From: Elusimicrobiota bacterium
GTDB taxonomy: Bacteria; Elusimicrobiota; Endomicrobiia; CG1-02-37-114; JAHJSO01
DNA length: 64,000 nucleotides
Assembly: GCA_043826435.1 (NCBI GenBank)
Contig: JBDRQF010000037.1
Location: 60,186 to 124,185 of the forward strand
Reading direction: 5' to 3'
In this document: one piece after another, positions 1 through 7,672 of the stretch
Layout: each line of letters starts with the position of its first letter
Position numbering within the stretch: position 1 is the first letter of the stretch
Translations under genes and position numbers: made by a program
Notes under the pieces: model-generated
Database searches by the model: none
Told to the model about the DNA's origin: nothing
The model's input: the letters and a program-made list of their open reading frames with translations, nothing else

Positions 1-33
1 CTGTTAGATGAATAAGGAACACAGGACTAAAAC

Positions 34-564
34 ATGAAATGTAAAAAGGTAAAGAGAAAACTTTATGCATATATTGATAATGAACTAACCGACACTGAAA
101 AACAATTTATTTTTGAACATTTGAATAAATGCGAAGATTGTAAAAAAGGACTTGACGAACTCTTACTACAGAATCAGTTTCTTAAAAAACTTGAAGCGAT
201 TGAACCATCTGTGAATTTCAGAGCAAAATTCTGGCAGAGAGTTGAATCTGTTCAGGAAGAAAAACAGGGGGTTAAAATATCTTTGCTCAGGTGGGTTCCT
301 GTTCCTGTTTTTTGTTCTGTGGTTGTGATTTTGTTTTTGACTTTTTTGGTATTATCGCCTGTGTTGTATGGTATTTCTGATGTTGAAACAAACAGAAAAA
401 TTTCTGCTCTTGCCCAAAGAACATTTATTGTACAGTTACAGCAGACGGGTTTCGCGCCCTTGAATTTTATAAATTTTTGTGAAGAATATTGCCGGATACT
501 GCATGGACACTGTCAGAGAAAAACAGGTTCAACAAAATGTATCTGCGGGAGATGTGAAATATGA
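34..564 (+). CDS. ZAS (zf-HC2) anti-sigma factor with one TM helix and Cys/His-rich C-terminal tail
   Basis: LYAYIDNEL...FEHLNKCEDC (HxxxCxxC); hydrophobic stretch at about aa 88-113; cognate ECF sigma gene presumably upstream of the window. Confidence 0.85.
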   Translation: MKCKKVKRKLYAYIDNELTDTEKQFIFEHLNKCEDCKKGLDELLLQNQFLKKLEAIEPSVNFRAKFWQRVESVQEEKQGVKISLLRWVPVPVFCSVVVILFLTFLVLSPVLYGISDVETNRKISALAQRTFIVQLQQTGFAPLNFINFCEEYCRILHGHCQRKTGSTKCICGRCEI

Positions 565-827
565 AGATAATATCAAAGTTAGCGGTTGCAAGTTTTGTTT
601 TGAGTTTGGTTTCATTTATTCAGTTGTTTGGCATTGAGAAGGCGATTTTGTCAATTATTCTCGGAGTATTTGCATTAAAAGAAATTCTTAACAGCCAGGA
701 AGAATTAAAAGGGAAAAACTATGCTTATGCGGGTATAATATTTGGTTCGTTATACATTTTGGTTCTGCTTGTATTTGTAATTCTAAAAGGGCCGGAAATA
801 TTTAAGTTGCTCAGTCATCTGCGTTAA
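561..827 (+). CDS. Small membrane protein, DUF4190-like
   Basis: SKLAVASFVLSL...IILGVFALKEI...KGKNYAYAGIIFG pattern; ATGA overlap with upstream gene. Confidence 0.7.
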   Translation: MKIISKLAVASFVLSLVSFIQLFGIEKAILSIILGVFALKEILNSQEELKGKNYAYAGIIFGSLYILVLLVFVILKGPEIFKLLSHLR

Positions 828-837
828 AATAGAGACA

Positions 838-2058
838 ATGAAACTTAAAATAATTTTTACGCTGAATCTTTTGCTGATTTTAATGTTGTCTCTCCCGGGA
901 ACTGCGGGCTGCGAAGAGTCCGTTACCCTTGATGCCCTCCTCAAACGCGCAAGGGAGAACAACCCTGAAATCAAATCCGCATACCACAACTACACATCAA
1001 GAAAAAACAACATTACGGCAGCGAGGTCGTGGGAATACCCCCAGTTCGGTTATGAAAATACCAGGTGGACGGATAAAACCGAGGACATGTTTTCCGTATC
1101 CCAGATGTTTTCTTTCCCTGGAAAACTTTCGCTTAAAGGCAGGGTTGCGGAAAGTTACGCAGGTATCGCCGAACAGGAACTCAATTCAAAAATCATCCGG
1201 GTAGCGTCTATGATCAAAAGAAATTTCTGGGAATATTGGTTGATAGACAAAACAATAGAGGTTTATCAGGAAAACATTGAATTGATGAACAGGTTTTTGA
1301 GCATAGCCAAGAGCCGGTATGCCACCGGCATAGTCACTCAAGCGGACGTTCTCAAGGCGAACACCGAACTTGCCAAAATGGAGAGTATGCTTGTTGAAAT
1401 TGAGCAGGAAAGGGACTCAATCCAGTCGGAGCTGAATGCGCTTGTTAACGACAGGCCCGATACCCCGCTTGGCAAACCCGTCCGGCCCGTGAGCCCGGAC
1501 CTAAAATATAAATACGGGGAACTGGAGAATATTGCGCTGAAAAACAACCAGTTGATTAAATCCAGGGAATTTTCATACCAGAGAAGCATTTACGGACTGG
1601 ACTTGGCGCGACGTGAATGGTTCCCCGACATAATGGGCAGCGTGAAGTCGGGCAGTATGTCAAACACTTACATGGCAGGGGTTTCACTGCCGCTGTATTT
1701 CTGGAAGCAGGGGTCAATTGTCCGGACGATGAAAAGCGAAAAGGAAGCGGGCGAGTGGGAATTGGCAGCGGCTAAGGTTGACGTCCTGAGAGACATCAGG
1801 GACCTCTATACAAAATACAATGCCCGGCAGAAATCCGTCGGTATTTACGAAGCGGCCGTTATACCGCTGGCGAAACAAACACTGGAAATTACTGAATCCA
1901 GCTACCGCACGGGGAAAAACAATTTTCTTGATTTGCTTGACAGTCAGAAGAGATACCTTGAATATAATCTTGAATATTACCGTCTGGTTGCGGAAGAGGG
2001 TATTGCCCTGTCGGACCTGGAACGGGTTGCGGGCGTGGAATTGGGAAAGCCGGAATAG
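838..2058 (+). CDS. TolC-family outer membrane efflux factor (CusC-like)
   Basis: Signal peptide; two OEP repeats (RYATGIVTQADVLKA, SYRTGKNNFLDLLDSQ); precedes MFP gene. Confidence 0.9.
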   Translation: MKLKIIFTLNLLLILMLSLPGTAGCEESVTLDALLKRARENNPEIKSAYHNYTSRKNNITAARSWEYPQFGYENTRWTDKTEDMFSVSQMFSFPGKLSLKGRVAESYAGIAEQELNSKIIRVASMIKRNFWEYWLIDKTIEVYQENIELMNRFLSIAKSRYATGIVTQADVLKANTELAKMESMLVEIEQERDSIQSELNALVNDRPDTPLGKPVRPVSPDLKYKYGELENIALKNNQLIKSREFSYQRSIYGLDLARREWFPDIMGSVKSGSMSNTYMAGVSLPLYFWKQGSIVRTMKSEKEAGEWELAAAKVDVLRDIRDLYTKYNARQKSVGIYEAAVIPLAKQTLEITESSYRTGKNNFLDLLDSQKRYLEYNLEYYRLVAEEGIALSDLERVAGVELGKPE

Positions 2059-2114
2059 ACGGGACAACCGCAACAGAGCCGTTCTGTTTGTCCTATCAAG
2101 GAGAAGAGGAAAAA

Positions 2115-3392
2115 ATGAAAATGAAAATGAAATACTTTCTGATTGTGACGGCGGTTGCGCTATCGCCGCTATTTTTTGCCTCCTGCGGCAAAAAGGAGAA
2201 GTTAAACATCCGCATGGTCAGGACTGATGAAATCGGCATTGAATCTGTTTGTCCGGTGACAAAGAATAAATTTACGGTCACGGGCGATACAAAGGCGGTT
2301 GACTACAAGGGTAAGGCGTATTATTTTTGTTGTCCCGGATGTGACAGCCGGTTTGTAAATGAACCAGGGGAATACGTAACATCTGGCGAAGACAGGAGCC
2401 CGGCGGGACCAAAAGTAACGAAAGATGCAGGAGACGAAATTAACTACTGGACGTGTTCAATGCATCCTCAGGTCAGGGCGGACAAGCCGGGTAAGTGTCC
2501 CATATGCGCCATGGAACTTATACCCGTATATAAGGGTGATGAGGGAATGATTTCCGTTGACGACCAAAAGAAAAAGACCCTGGGCATAAAGAGCCGGCCG
2601 GCGGAAAAAATGCATCTCATAAAAATGATCCGGTTAGCCGCCAGCGTCTCTTACGACAACGAACTGTATCTCGCGCAGCAGGAATACCTGTCAGGTTTTA
2701 AGAACTGGCAAAAGGTCAGGGATGAGGAATCCGCGCAAAAAGCCCGGGTAAAAGACACGATGGATGCAGCGAAATTCCGTCTTAACCTGTTGGGATATAC
2801 CGACGGGGATATAATTAAATTAGGCGGCATGGACGGGGCGGATAAAAATTTAATCTATCCCGGTAAAAATGTTTGGCTCCTGGCGGAGGTTTACGAGCAG
2901 GACCTTAATGTGGTAATGCCAGGACAAAAGGTTAATGTAATAACATCTGCGTATCCGTCAAAGAATTTTCCGGGTGTCGTAAGGTTCGTTGAACCGTCCC
3001 TGAACCCGCAGACGCGCTCTGCAAGAGCGAGGGTTGAGGTTGAAAACTCCGATAACCTGCTTAAACTTGAAATGTACGCCGTCGTTGAAATAAAACTGGC
3101 ATTGGGCAGTCACCTTGCCATTCCCGAGAATGCGCTTATAGACACCGGCGTCCGCAAAATCGTTTACCTTGATTTACAAAAAGGCAGTTATAAAATGCAG
3201 GAAATCATAACGGGTTTTTCCGCAGAGGGTTTTGTACAGGTGCTCGGAGGACTGAAGCCGGGAGACATGGTCGTGACGGACGGCAACTTCCTGATTGATT
3301 CGCAATCAACCCTGACAGGCGGCCAGTCGATCCTGTACGGCGGGGCGGAAGAAGTAAAAGAAAAACCAGAAAAGGTTAAACATAAACATTGA
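2115..3392 (+). CDS. cusB: RND membrane fusion protein (CusB-like) with YHS and heavy-metal-binding domains
   Basis: CPVT...YKGKAYYFCCPGC (YHS); YWTCSMHPQV...GKCPICAMEL (HMBD); VWLLAEVYE, P..NPQTRS, GNFLIDSQS; ATG 2115 after GAGGA. Confidence 0.9.
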   Translation: MKMKMKYFLIVTAVALSPLFFASCGKKEKLNIRMVRTDEIGIESVCPVTKNKFTVTGDTKAVDYKGKAYYFCCPGCDSRFVNEPGEYVTSGEDRSPAGPKVTKDAGDEINYWTCSMHPQVRADKPGKCPICAMELIPVYKGDEGMISVDDQKKKTLGIKSRPAEKMHLIKMIRLAASVSYDNELYLAQQEYLSGFKNWQKVRDEESAQKARVKDTMDAAKFRLNLLGYTDGDIIKLGGMDGADKNLIYPGKNVWLLAEVYEQDLNVVMPGQKVNVITSAYPSKNFPGVVRFVEPSLNPQTRSARARVEVENSDNLLKLEMYAVVEIKLALGSHLAIPENALIDTGVRKIVYLDLQKGSYKMQEIITGFSAEGFVQVLGGLKPGDMVVTDGNFLIDSQSTLTGGQSILYGGAEEVKEKPEKVKHKH

Positions 3393-3411
3393 GGGGGGGG
3401 GGAATTAAAAA

Positions 3412-4086
3412 ATGAGAAAGGTTATTGTAATGATGTGTTGTTTGGTGCTAACGGGTTTCTTTGCTGATAGGATTATGGGGCAACAGCGTGAAGGACTTGA
3501 ACACTCCCCGCCAGCCGCGGCCAGCCCCGAGATTTTACCCGATGTTAGATCCGAGAATATTGGGAGACAATATCAAGAAATGGGAGAAGCGCCAATGACC
3601 TATTTTGAGAAAACAGTTTACACATGTCCTATGCATCCTGAAATCACAAGTGAAAAATCTGGCAAGTGTCCGAAGTGCAAAATGAAACTTGAAAAGAATA
3701 TGTCGCTGATGACATATGCCTGTTCAGAAAAAGATTGTAACCATCAGAGTGCAAAAACAGGGATGTGTCCTAAACATAAAAAGGATTTAGTAAAATCCGA
3801 AGTAAAATTCCATTGTCCAAAATGTGGTGGAGAGATTCGTCCAAAAAAACTAAAACCTGAGCCGGTGAAGCCCTTAAAAGCAGAGATTCCGAAAGAAGAA
3901 AAACCAGTATTCCGTAATGTCAATGACGATGAAATAGGCAAAGAAGTTATCTGTGTAGTAATGAATAAAAAAATCAAAGTCACACAGAAAACAAAAGTTG
4001 TTGACTATAAAGGACAAAAATATTATCTTTGTTGTCCGGGTTGTGATAGTGAATTCATTAAAAATCCTGAAAAGTTTGTCAGATAA
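3412..4086 (+). CDS. Exported heavy-metal-binding protein (HMBD + Cys knuckle + YHS)
   Basis: YTCPMHPEI..KSGKCPKCKMKL; YACSEKDC; YKGQKYYLCCPGC. Confidence 0.8.
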   Translation: MRKVIVMMCCLVLTGFFADRIMGQQREGLEHSPPAAASPEILPDVRSENIGRQYQEMGEAPMTYFEKTVYTCPMHPEITSEKSGKCPKCKMKLEKNMSLMTYACSEKDCNHQSAKTGMCPKHKKDLVKSEVKFHCPKCGGEIRPKKLKPEPVKPLKAEIPKEEKPVFRNVNDDEIGKEVICVVMNKKIKVTQKTKVVDYKGQKYYLCCPGCDSEFIKNPEKFVR

Positions 4087-4155
4087 ACCGTCTAAACATG
4101 GAAATTGTTGCAGTAACCCGATGGAAAAAATAAATAAAATGGAGGAGTGCAGGTC

Positions 4156-4923
4156 GTGAAAAAAATCGGTAGTGTGCTTGGAATTTTGGTATTAAGTTGT
4201 TTGTTGTTCAGTAATCTCACATTTGCGCATTTCCCGGATCCCGCCGAACATGTTTTGCACGAGGAAAAATTTATTGCTTTCAGCAGCGAGTTTGCTGAAT
4301 TTAATTATGCGGGTTATCAGGGAAGTTATTCCCGCAACGCTTTTGTTATTAAACTTCCTTTGATTGACAGATTGTCTTTGCGTGCGGAAGTTCCGTTCAT
4401 TATACTTCGCAGAGGCGGTAAATCGTTTGCGGGTTTGGGAGATATAATTCCGGGTATTACGGCTGAAGTATTTCATACGGAAAAAATACATCTAAACATT
4501 AGCGGTTTTTTTGAAACGCCGACAGGTCTTCATAAAGACGGCATTGGCGCCGGCCACCTTTCTTTCATTTCCGCGTTTGACATCGGTTATGAGATTAACG
4601 AAACGCATCTTTTTCACGGCGGGGTTGATGTAGTTACCGGTTTATCAGAGCATGATGAAGAAGATGCGGCGCCATCTTTGGTTCACCCGCACAGCGAGCC
4701 CGAGATTTTACTGCATCTTGGAAATAATATAAAACTTTCTGAATCACTATCTTTTGGCGGAGGATTTGTAGATGAGTTTAATCAAAAAGAACAGAAACAT
4801 TACATGAGCTGTTTAGGTTCTCTTTTAATCGGCAGAAAAAATCCAATAAGCGTAACCCTAAGACTGCCTTTACGAGAGAATAATCGTTTGAACTGGAGCA
4901 TAAATCTGCGGCTGACAATTTAG
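4156..4923 (+). CDS. His-rich putative outer-membrane beta-barrel protein
   Basis: Signal peptide, amphipathic beta strands, GLGDI and TPTG motifs, many His; GTG start after GGAGGA. Confidence 0.55.
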   Translation: MKKIGSVLGILVLSCLLFSNLTFAHFPDPAEHVLHEEKFIAFSSEFAEFNYAGYQGSYSRNAFVIKLPLIDRLSLRAEVPFIILRRGGKSFAGLGDIIPGITAEVFHTEKIHLNISGFFETPTGLHKDGIGAGHLSFISAFDIGYEINETHLFHGGVDVVTGLSEHDEEDAAPSLVHPHSEPEILLHLGNNIKLSESLSFGGGFVDEFNQKEQKHYMSCLGSLLIGRKNPISVTLRLPLRENNRLNWSINLRLTI

Positions 4924-4936
4924 GAGATGACTGGTT

Positions 4937-5629
4937 ATGCGAATTGCTAAAATTTCGTTCTTAAAGTTCTTTGTTATTCTTACTGTTTTGGCGGTCTTAA
5001 CTGAATTAGTTTATTCATTTGATTTATGTCCTGCTTGTTCGCCGGAAATAGTTTCTTCAGAGTCAAATTTACCGGGTTATATGCTCGGTAAGGGGAAGTT
5101 TTCATTTATTGCACTTTCTTCTTTGGGTGAAATTAAATCAGACCATGCTGAAGGGCATTCACAAATAGAGCAAGCATTGGTTTCTTCCAATTATGGAATT
5201 ACTAACCGCTTCAAAGCGGGGTTGATGTACGGATTCAGTTCACAAAAGTTATCTTTACAAATTGATTATTTATTATTACAAGAAAAAGATATAAGACCAA
5301 GTTTGATTTTAGGTATAGGAAGTTTTAGAGGAATTTTTTCTGAGTCACATCCATATGTAATAGCAATAAAAAGTATACAACCGTATGTAAAATTACCAAT
5401 AAAAATTTCTGCTGGTATAAAGCACAAAGGAGATGACTTATCAAAAACTCAATCAGAACTTGTTGGGAATTTAATTTTTCGTGTTTACCGTTCAGTTCAT
5501 ATTATGGGTATATTTGAAGGACAAGAATTTGATTTGGCAATGTATGGAGTAATGTTTGACAGATTAATTCTCGGTATGCGTATGATTGAATTAAAAACAC
5601 CCGCTGTTGGCATTGTTTGGAGAATGTAA
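4937..5629 (+). CDS. Exported, probable beta-barrel protein with N-terminal CPAC motif
   Basis: Signal peptide, DLCPACSP, alternating beta pattern; RBS AGGAGA. Confidence 0.5.
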   Translation: MRIAKISFLKFFVILTVLAVLTELVYSFDLCPACSPEIVSSESNLPGYMLGKGKFSFIALSSLGEIKSDHAEGHSQIEQALVSSNYGITNRFKAGLMYGFSSQKLSLQIDYLLLQEKDIRPSLILGIGSFRGIFSESHPYVIAIKSIQPYVKLPIKISAGIKHKGDDLSKTQSELVGNLIFRVYRSVHIMGIFEGQEFDLAMYGVMFDRLILGMRMIELKTPAVGIVWRM

Positions 5630-5746
5630 ATGATAAACAAACTTATTGAGTGGTGTCTTAAAAACAGGTTCGTAGTTCTGGTTCTTACGGGCGTGATTAT
5701 TGTGTGGGGTTTATATGCAATAAACCGTGTCCCGATTCCTGATTGA
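5630..5746 (+). pseudogene. Truncated 5' copy of cusA (38 codons)
   Basis: MINKLIEWCLKNRFVVLVLTGVIIVWGLYAINRVP is near-identical in DNA and protein to 7673-7777; stops at TGA 5744-5746. Confidence 0.92.
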
Positions 5747-5852
5747 TTCGCAATCAACCCTGACAGGCGGCCAGTCGCTCCTGTACGGCGGGGCGGAAGA
5801 GATAAAGGAAAAGAAGACCGAACCGGATGCGCACAAAGGGCACAAACGTTGA
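5736..5852 (+). pseudogene. 3' remnant of a second cusB paralog
   Basis: FLIDSQSTLTGGQSLLYGGAEEIKEKKTEPDAHKGHKR* matches the cusB tail at 3288-3392 (FLIDSQSTLTGGQSILYGGAEEVKEK...). Confidence 0.92.
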
Positions 5853-5877
5853 CGGGTTGCCGGAGGGGGTGATAAAA

Positions 5878-5997
5878 ATGGGATGCTGTGGTCCGAAGGA
5901 AAAAGAAAAGAAAGAAGTTTACAAATGCAAATGTTGCGGTAAGACATCGGACGGACCGGGAAATTGCTGTGACAAACCGATGAAGAAAGTCAGTTAA
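5878..5997 (+). CDS. 39-aa Cys-rich metal-binding peptide (metallothionein/desulforedoxin-like), absent from the ORF track
   Basis: RBS GGAGGGGGTGA; MGCCGPKEKEKKEVYKCKCCGKTSDGPGNCCDKPMKKVS*; 7 Cys; inside the cus operon. Confidence 0.75.
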   Translation: MGCCGPKEKEKKEVYKCKCCGKTSDGPGNCCDKPMKKVS

Positions 5998-6065
5998 AGA
6001 TACGGCCGCATGCGAACGGTCTACGCGGGGCGCCCTGGTTGGTGGGTCGCCGGGAGGTAAAAATC

Positions 6066-6854
6066 ATGAAAAAATTTATAACTGTTGGTATAGTAGGGAT
6101 AATGTTTTTGTTATATGGTAACAATGTAATAGCAATGATGTGTCATAGCGGGGGTGGCGGTGGCGGACATCAACATGAAGAAAAAGCAGAAAAGAAAACA
6201 AAAGAATCTTTCTGTTCTACAGTTTATGCATGCCCGATGCATCCCGAAGTACAAAGTGATAAGTCAGGTAAATGTCCAAAATGCGGTATGAAACTTGAAA
6301 AGAGGAAGAACCTGATGACATATGCTTGTCCTGAAAAAGATTGTAACCATCAGAGTGCAAAACCCGGGAAGTGTCCCGAGCATAAAAAAGAATTAATAAA
6401 ATGTGAAGTAAAACCCGCGGAGAAACCGTCAAAAAAGAAATTAGGCCTCTGTCCGGTTATGCCCACCGAAGAGGCGTCCGCAGAATATTCTTATGTTTAC
6501 AAGGGCAGGACATATTATTTCTGTTGCGGGGATTGTCTTGTAGCATTTAAAAAATCCCCTGGGAAGTACGTTTCAAGAATCAAAGAAATTAGTCTGGAGG
6601 CGTACCAGTACGGGTTCTCGCCTGACCCTGTCGTTGTAAAAAAGGGAGACATAGTGCGTCTTACAATTACGTCAAGGGATATTGCGCACGGCGTCTATAT
6701 AAATGAATACGGGGTTAAGTTACCGGTAAAGAAAGGCGAAAAAAAGCAGGTGGAGTTCTTCGCCGATAAATCCGGGAAGTTTGACATTATATGCTCCGTA
6801 TATTGCGGCCCGGGACATTCTAAAATGAGAGGGAAGTTTATAGTAGAAAAATGA
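6066..6854 (+). CDS. Exported HMBD + YHS + cupredoxin (CuA-type motif) protein
   Basis: YACPMHPEV; CPVM...YKGRTYYFCCGDC; HGVYI...CSVYCGPGHSKM; ATG 6066 after GGAGG; N-terminal part paralogous to 3412-4086. Confidence 0.85.
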   Translation: MKKFITVGIVGIMFLLYGNNVIAMMCHSGGGGGGHQHEEKAEKKTKESFCSTVYACPMHPEVQSDKSGKCPKCGMKLEKRKNLMTYACPEKDCNHQSAKPGKCPEHKKELIKCEVKPAEKPSKKKLGLCPVMPTEEASAEYSYVYKGRTYYFCCGDCLVAFKKSPGKYVSRIKEISLEAYQYGFSPDPVVVKKGDIVRLTITSRDIAHGVYINEYGVKLPVKKGEKKQVEFFADKSGKFDIICSVYCGPGHSKMRGKFIVEK

Positions 6855-7630
6855 TTGTAAAATTCCTGAAAGATAAAAGGAACATCGTCCTGCTTCTCCT
6901 GTTTGTCCTTTTCAGCATAAAGACGGCGGAGGCAGAAAATCGGTTTGTGTTGTGGGCGCTGGCGGGAGTATCCTTTTCCGCCTGCCTTGATTTTTTAATA
7001 AACCGGTTGTTCCATAAAAAAACTATTTTCCCCAGGAGCGCCATGATTACGGGTTTTATAGTTTCGGGCGTGCTGGACTACGGACACTATTTCCCTGCAC
7101 TCCTTTTCTTTTGTTCACTGGCCATAATGTCCAAGTATATTGTGAAGGTCAAAAAAAGGCACATATTCAACCCGGCGAATCTCGGGTTGTTTTTTGCCGC
7201 CATCTTACAATTTACGCTCGCATGGACGATAGAATCCAATGTTTACCTCATTATCATCGCAGGAATGTATATTGCATACTCTATCAGGAAACTTCCGCAC
7301 GTTGCAGGTTTTTTAATCACTTTCGTCTTATTGTTTAAGTTTGTGGAGGGAATAAATCCTTTCCTGTTAATCAGTTGGTTTTTTGTTTTTGTTATGCTCG
7401 TTGAACCGAAAACTTCGGGTTACGGCGTTTTGCGGGGGATTGTTTTCGGGGGTATTGCCGGGCTGGCGTCTTTTCTGTTTTACAGGTTCTTGCCGGGGAG
7501 GGATTTTTTCGTCCTTTCCCTGTTTGTTGCGAATATCTTTAATCCCGTTTTTGATAAATTATTTTTCAGGACAGGAGGGCAAAAGGTGGTTGTGGGTGAC
7601 ATTGAGGCGTCAGAGGCCGGTGTCCGATAA
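6851..7630 (+). CDS. RnfD/NqrB-family membrane protein (stand-alone)
   Basis: SAMITG, KRHIFNPANLG and MLVEPKTS motifs; multiple TM helices. Confidence 0.75.
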   Translation: MIVKFLKDKRNIVLLLLFVLFSIKTAEAENRFVLWALAGVSFSACLDFLINRLFHKKTIFPRSAMITGFIVSGVLDYGHYFPALLFFCSLAIMSKYIVKVKKRHIFNPANLGLFFAAILQFTLAWTIESNVYLIIIAGMYIAYSIRKLPHVAGFLITFVLLFKFVEGINPFLLISWFFVFVMLVEPKTSGYGVLRGIVFGGIAGLASFLFYRFLPGRDFFVLSLFVANIFNPVFDKLFFRTGGQKVVVGDIEASEAGVR

Positions 7631-7672
7631 GACCGACGGCGCTTCATCGTCGGCAGTGCAAGGATTATAATT

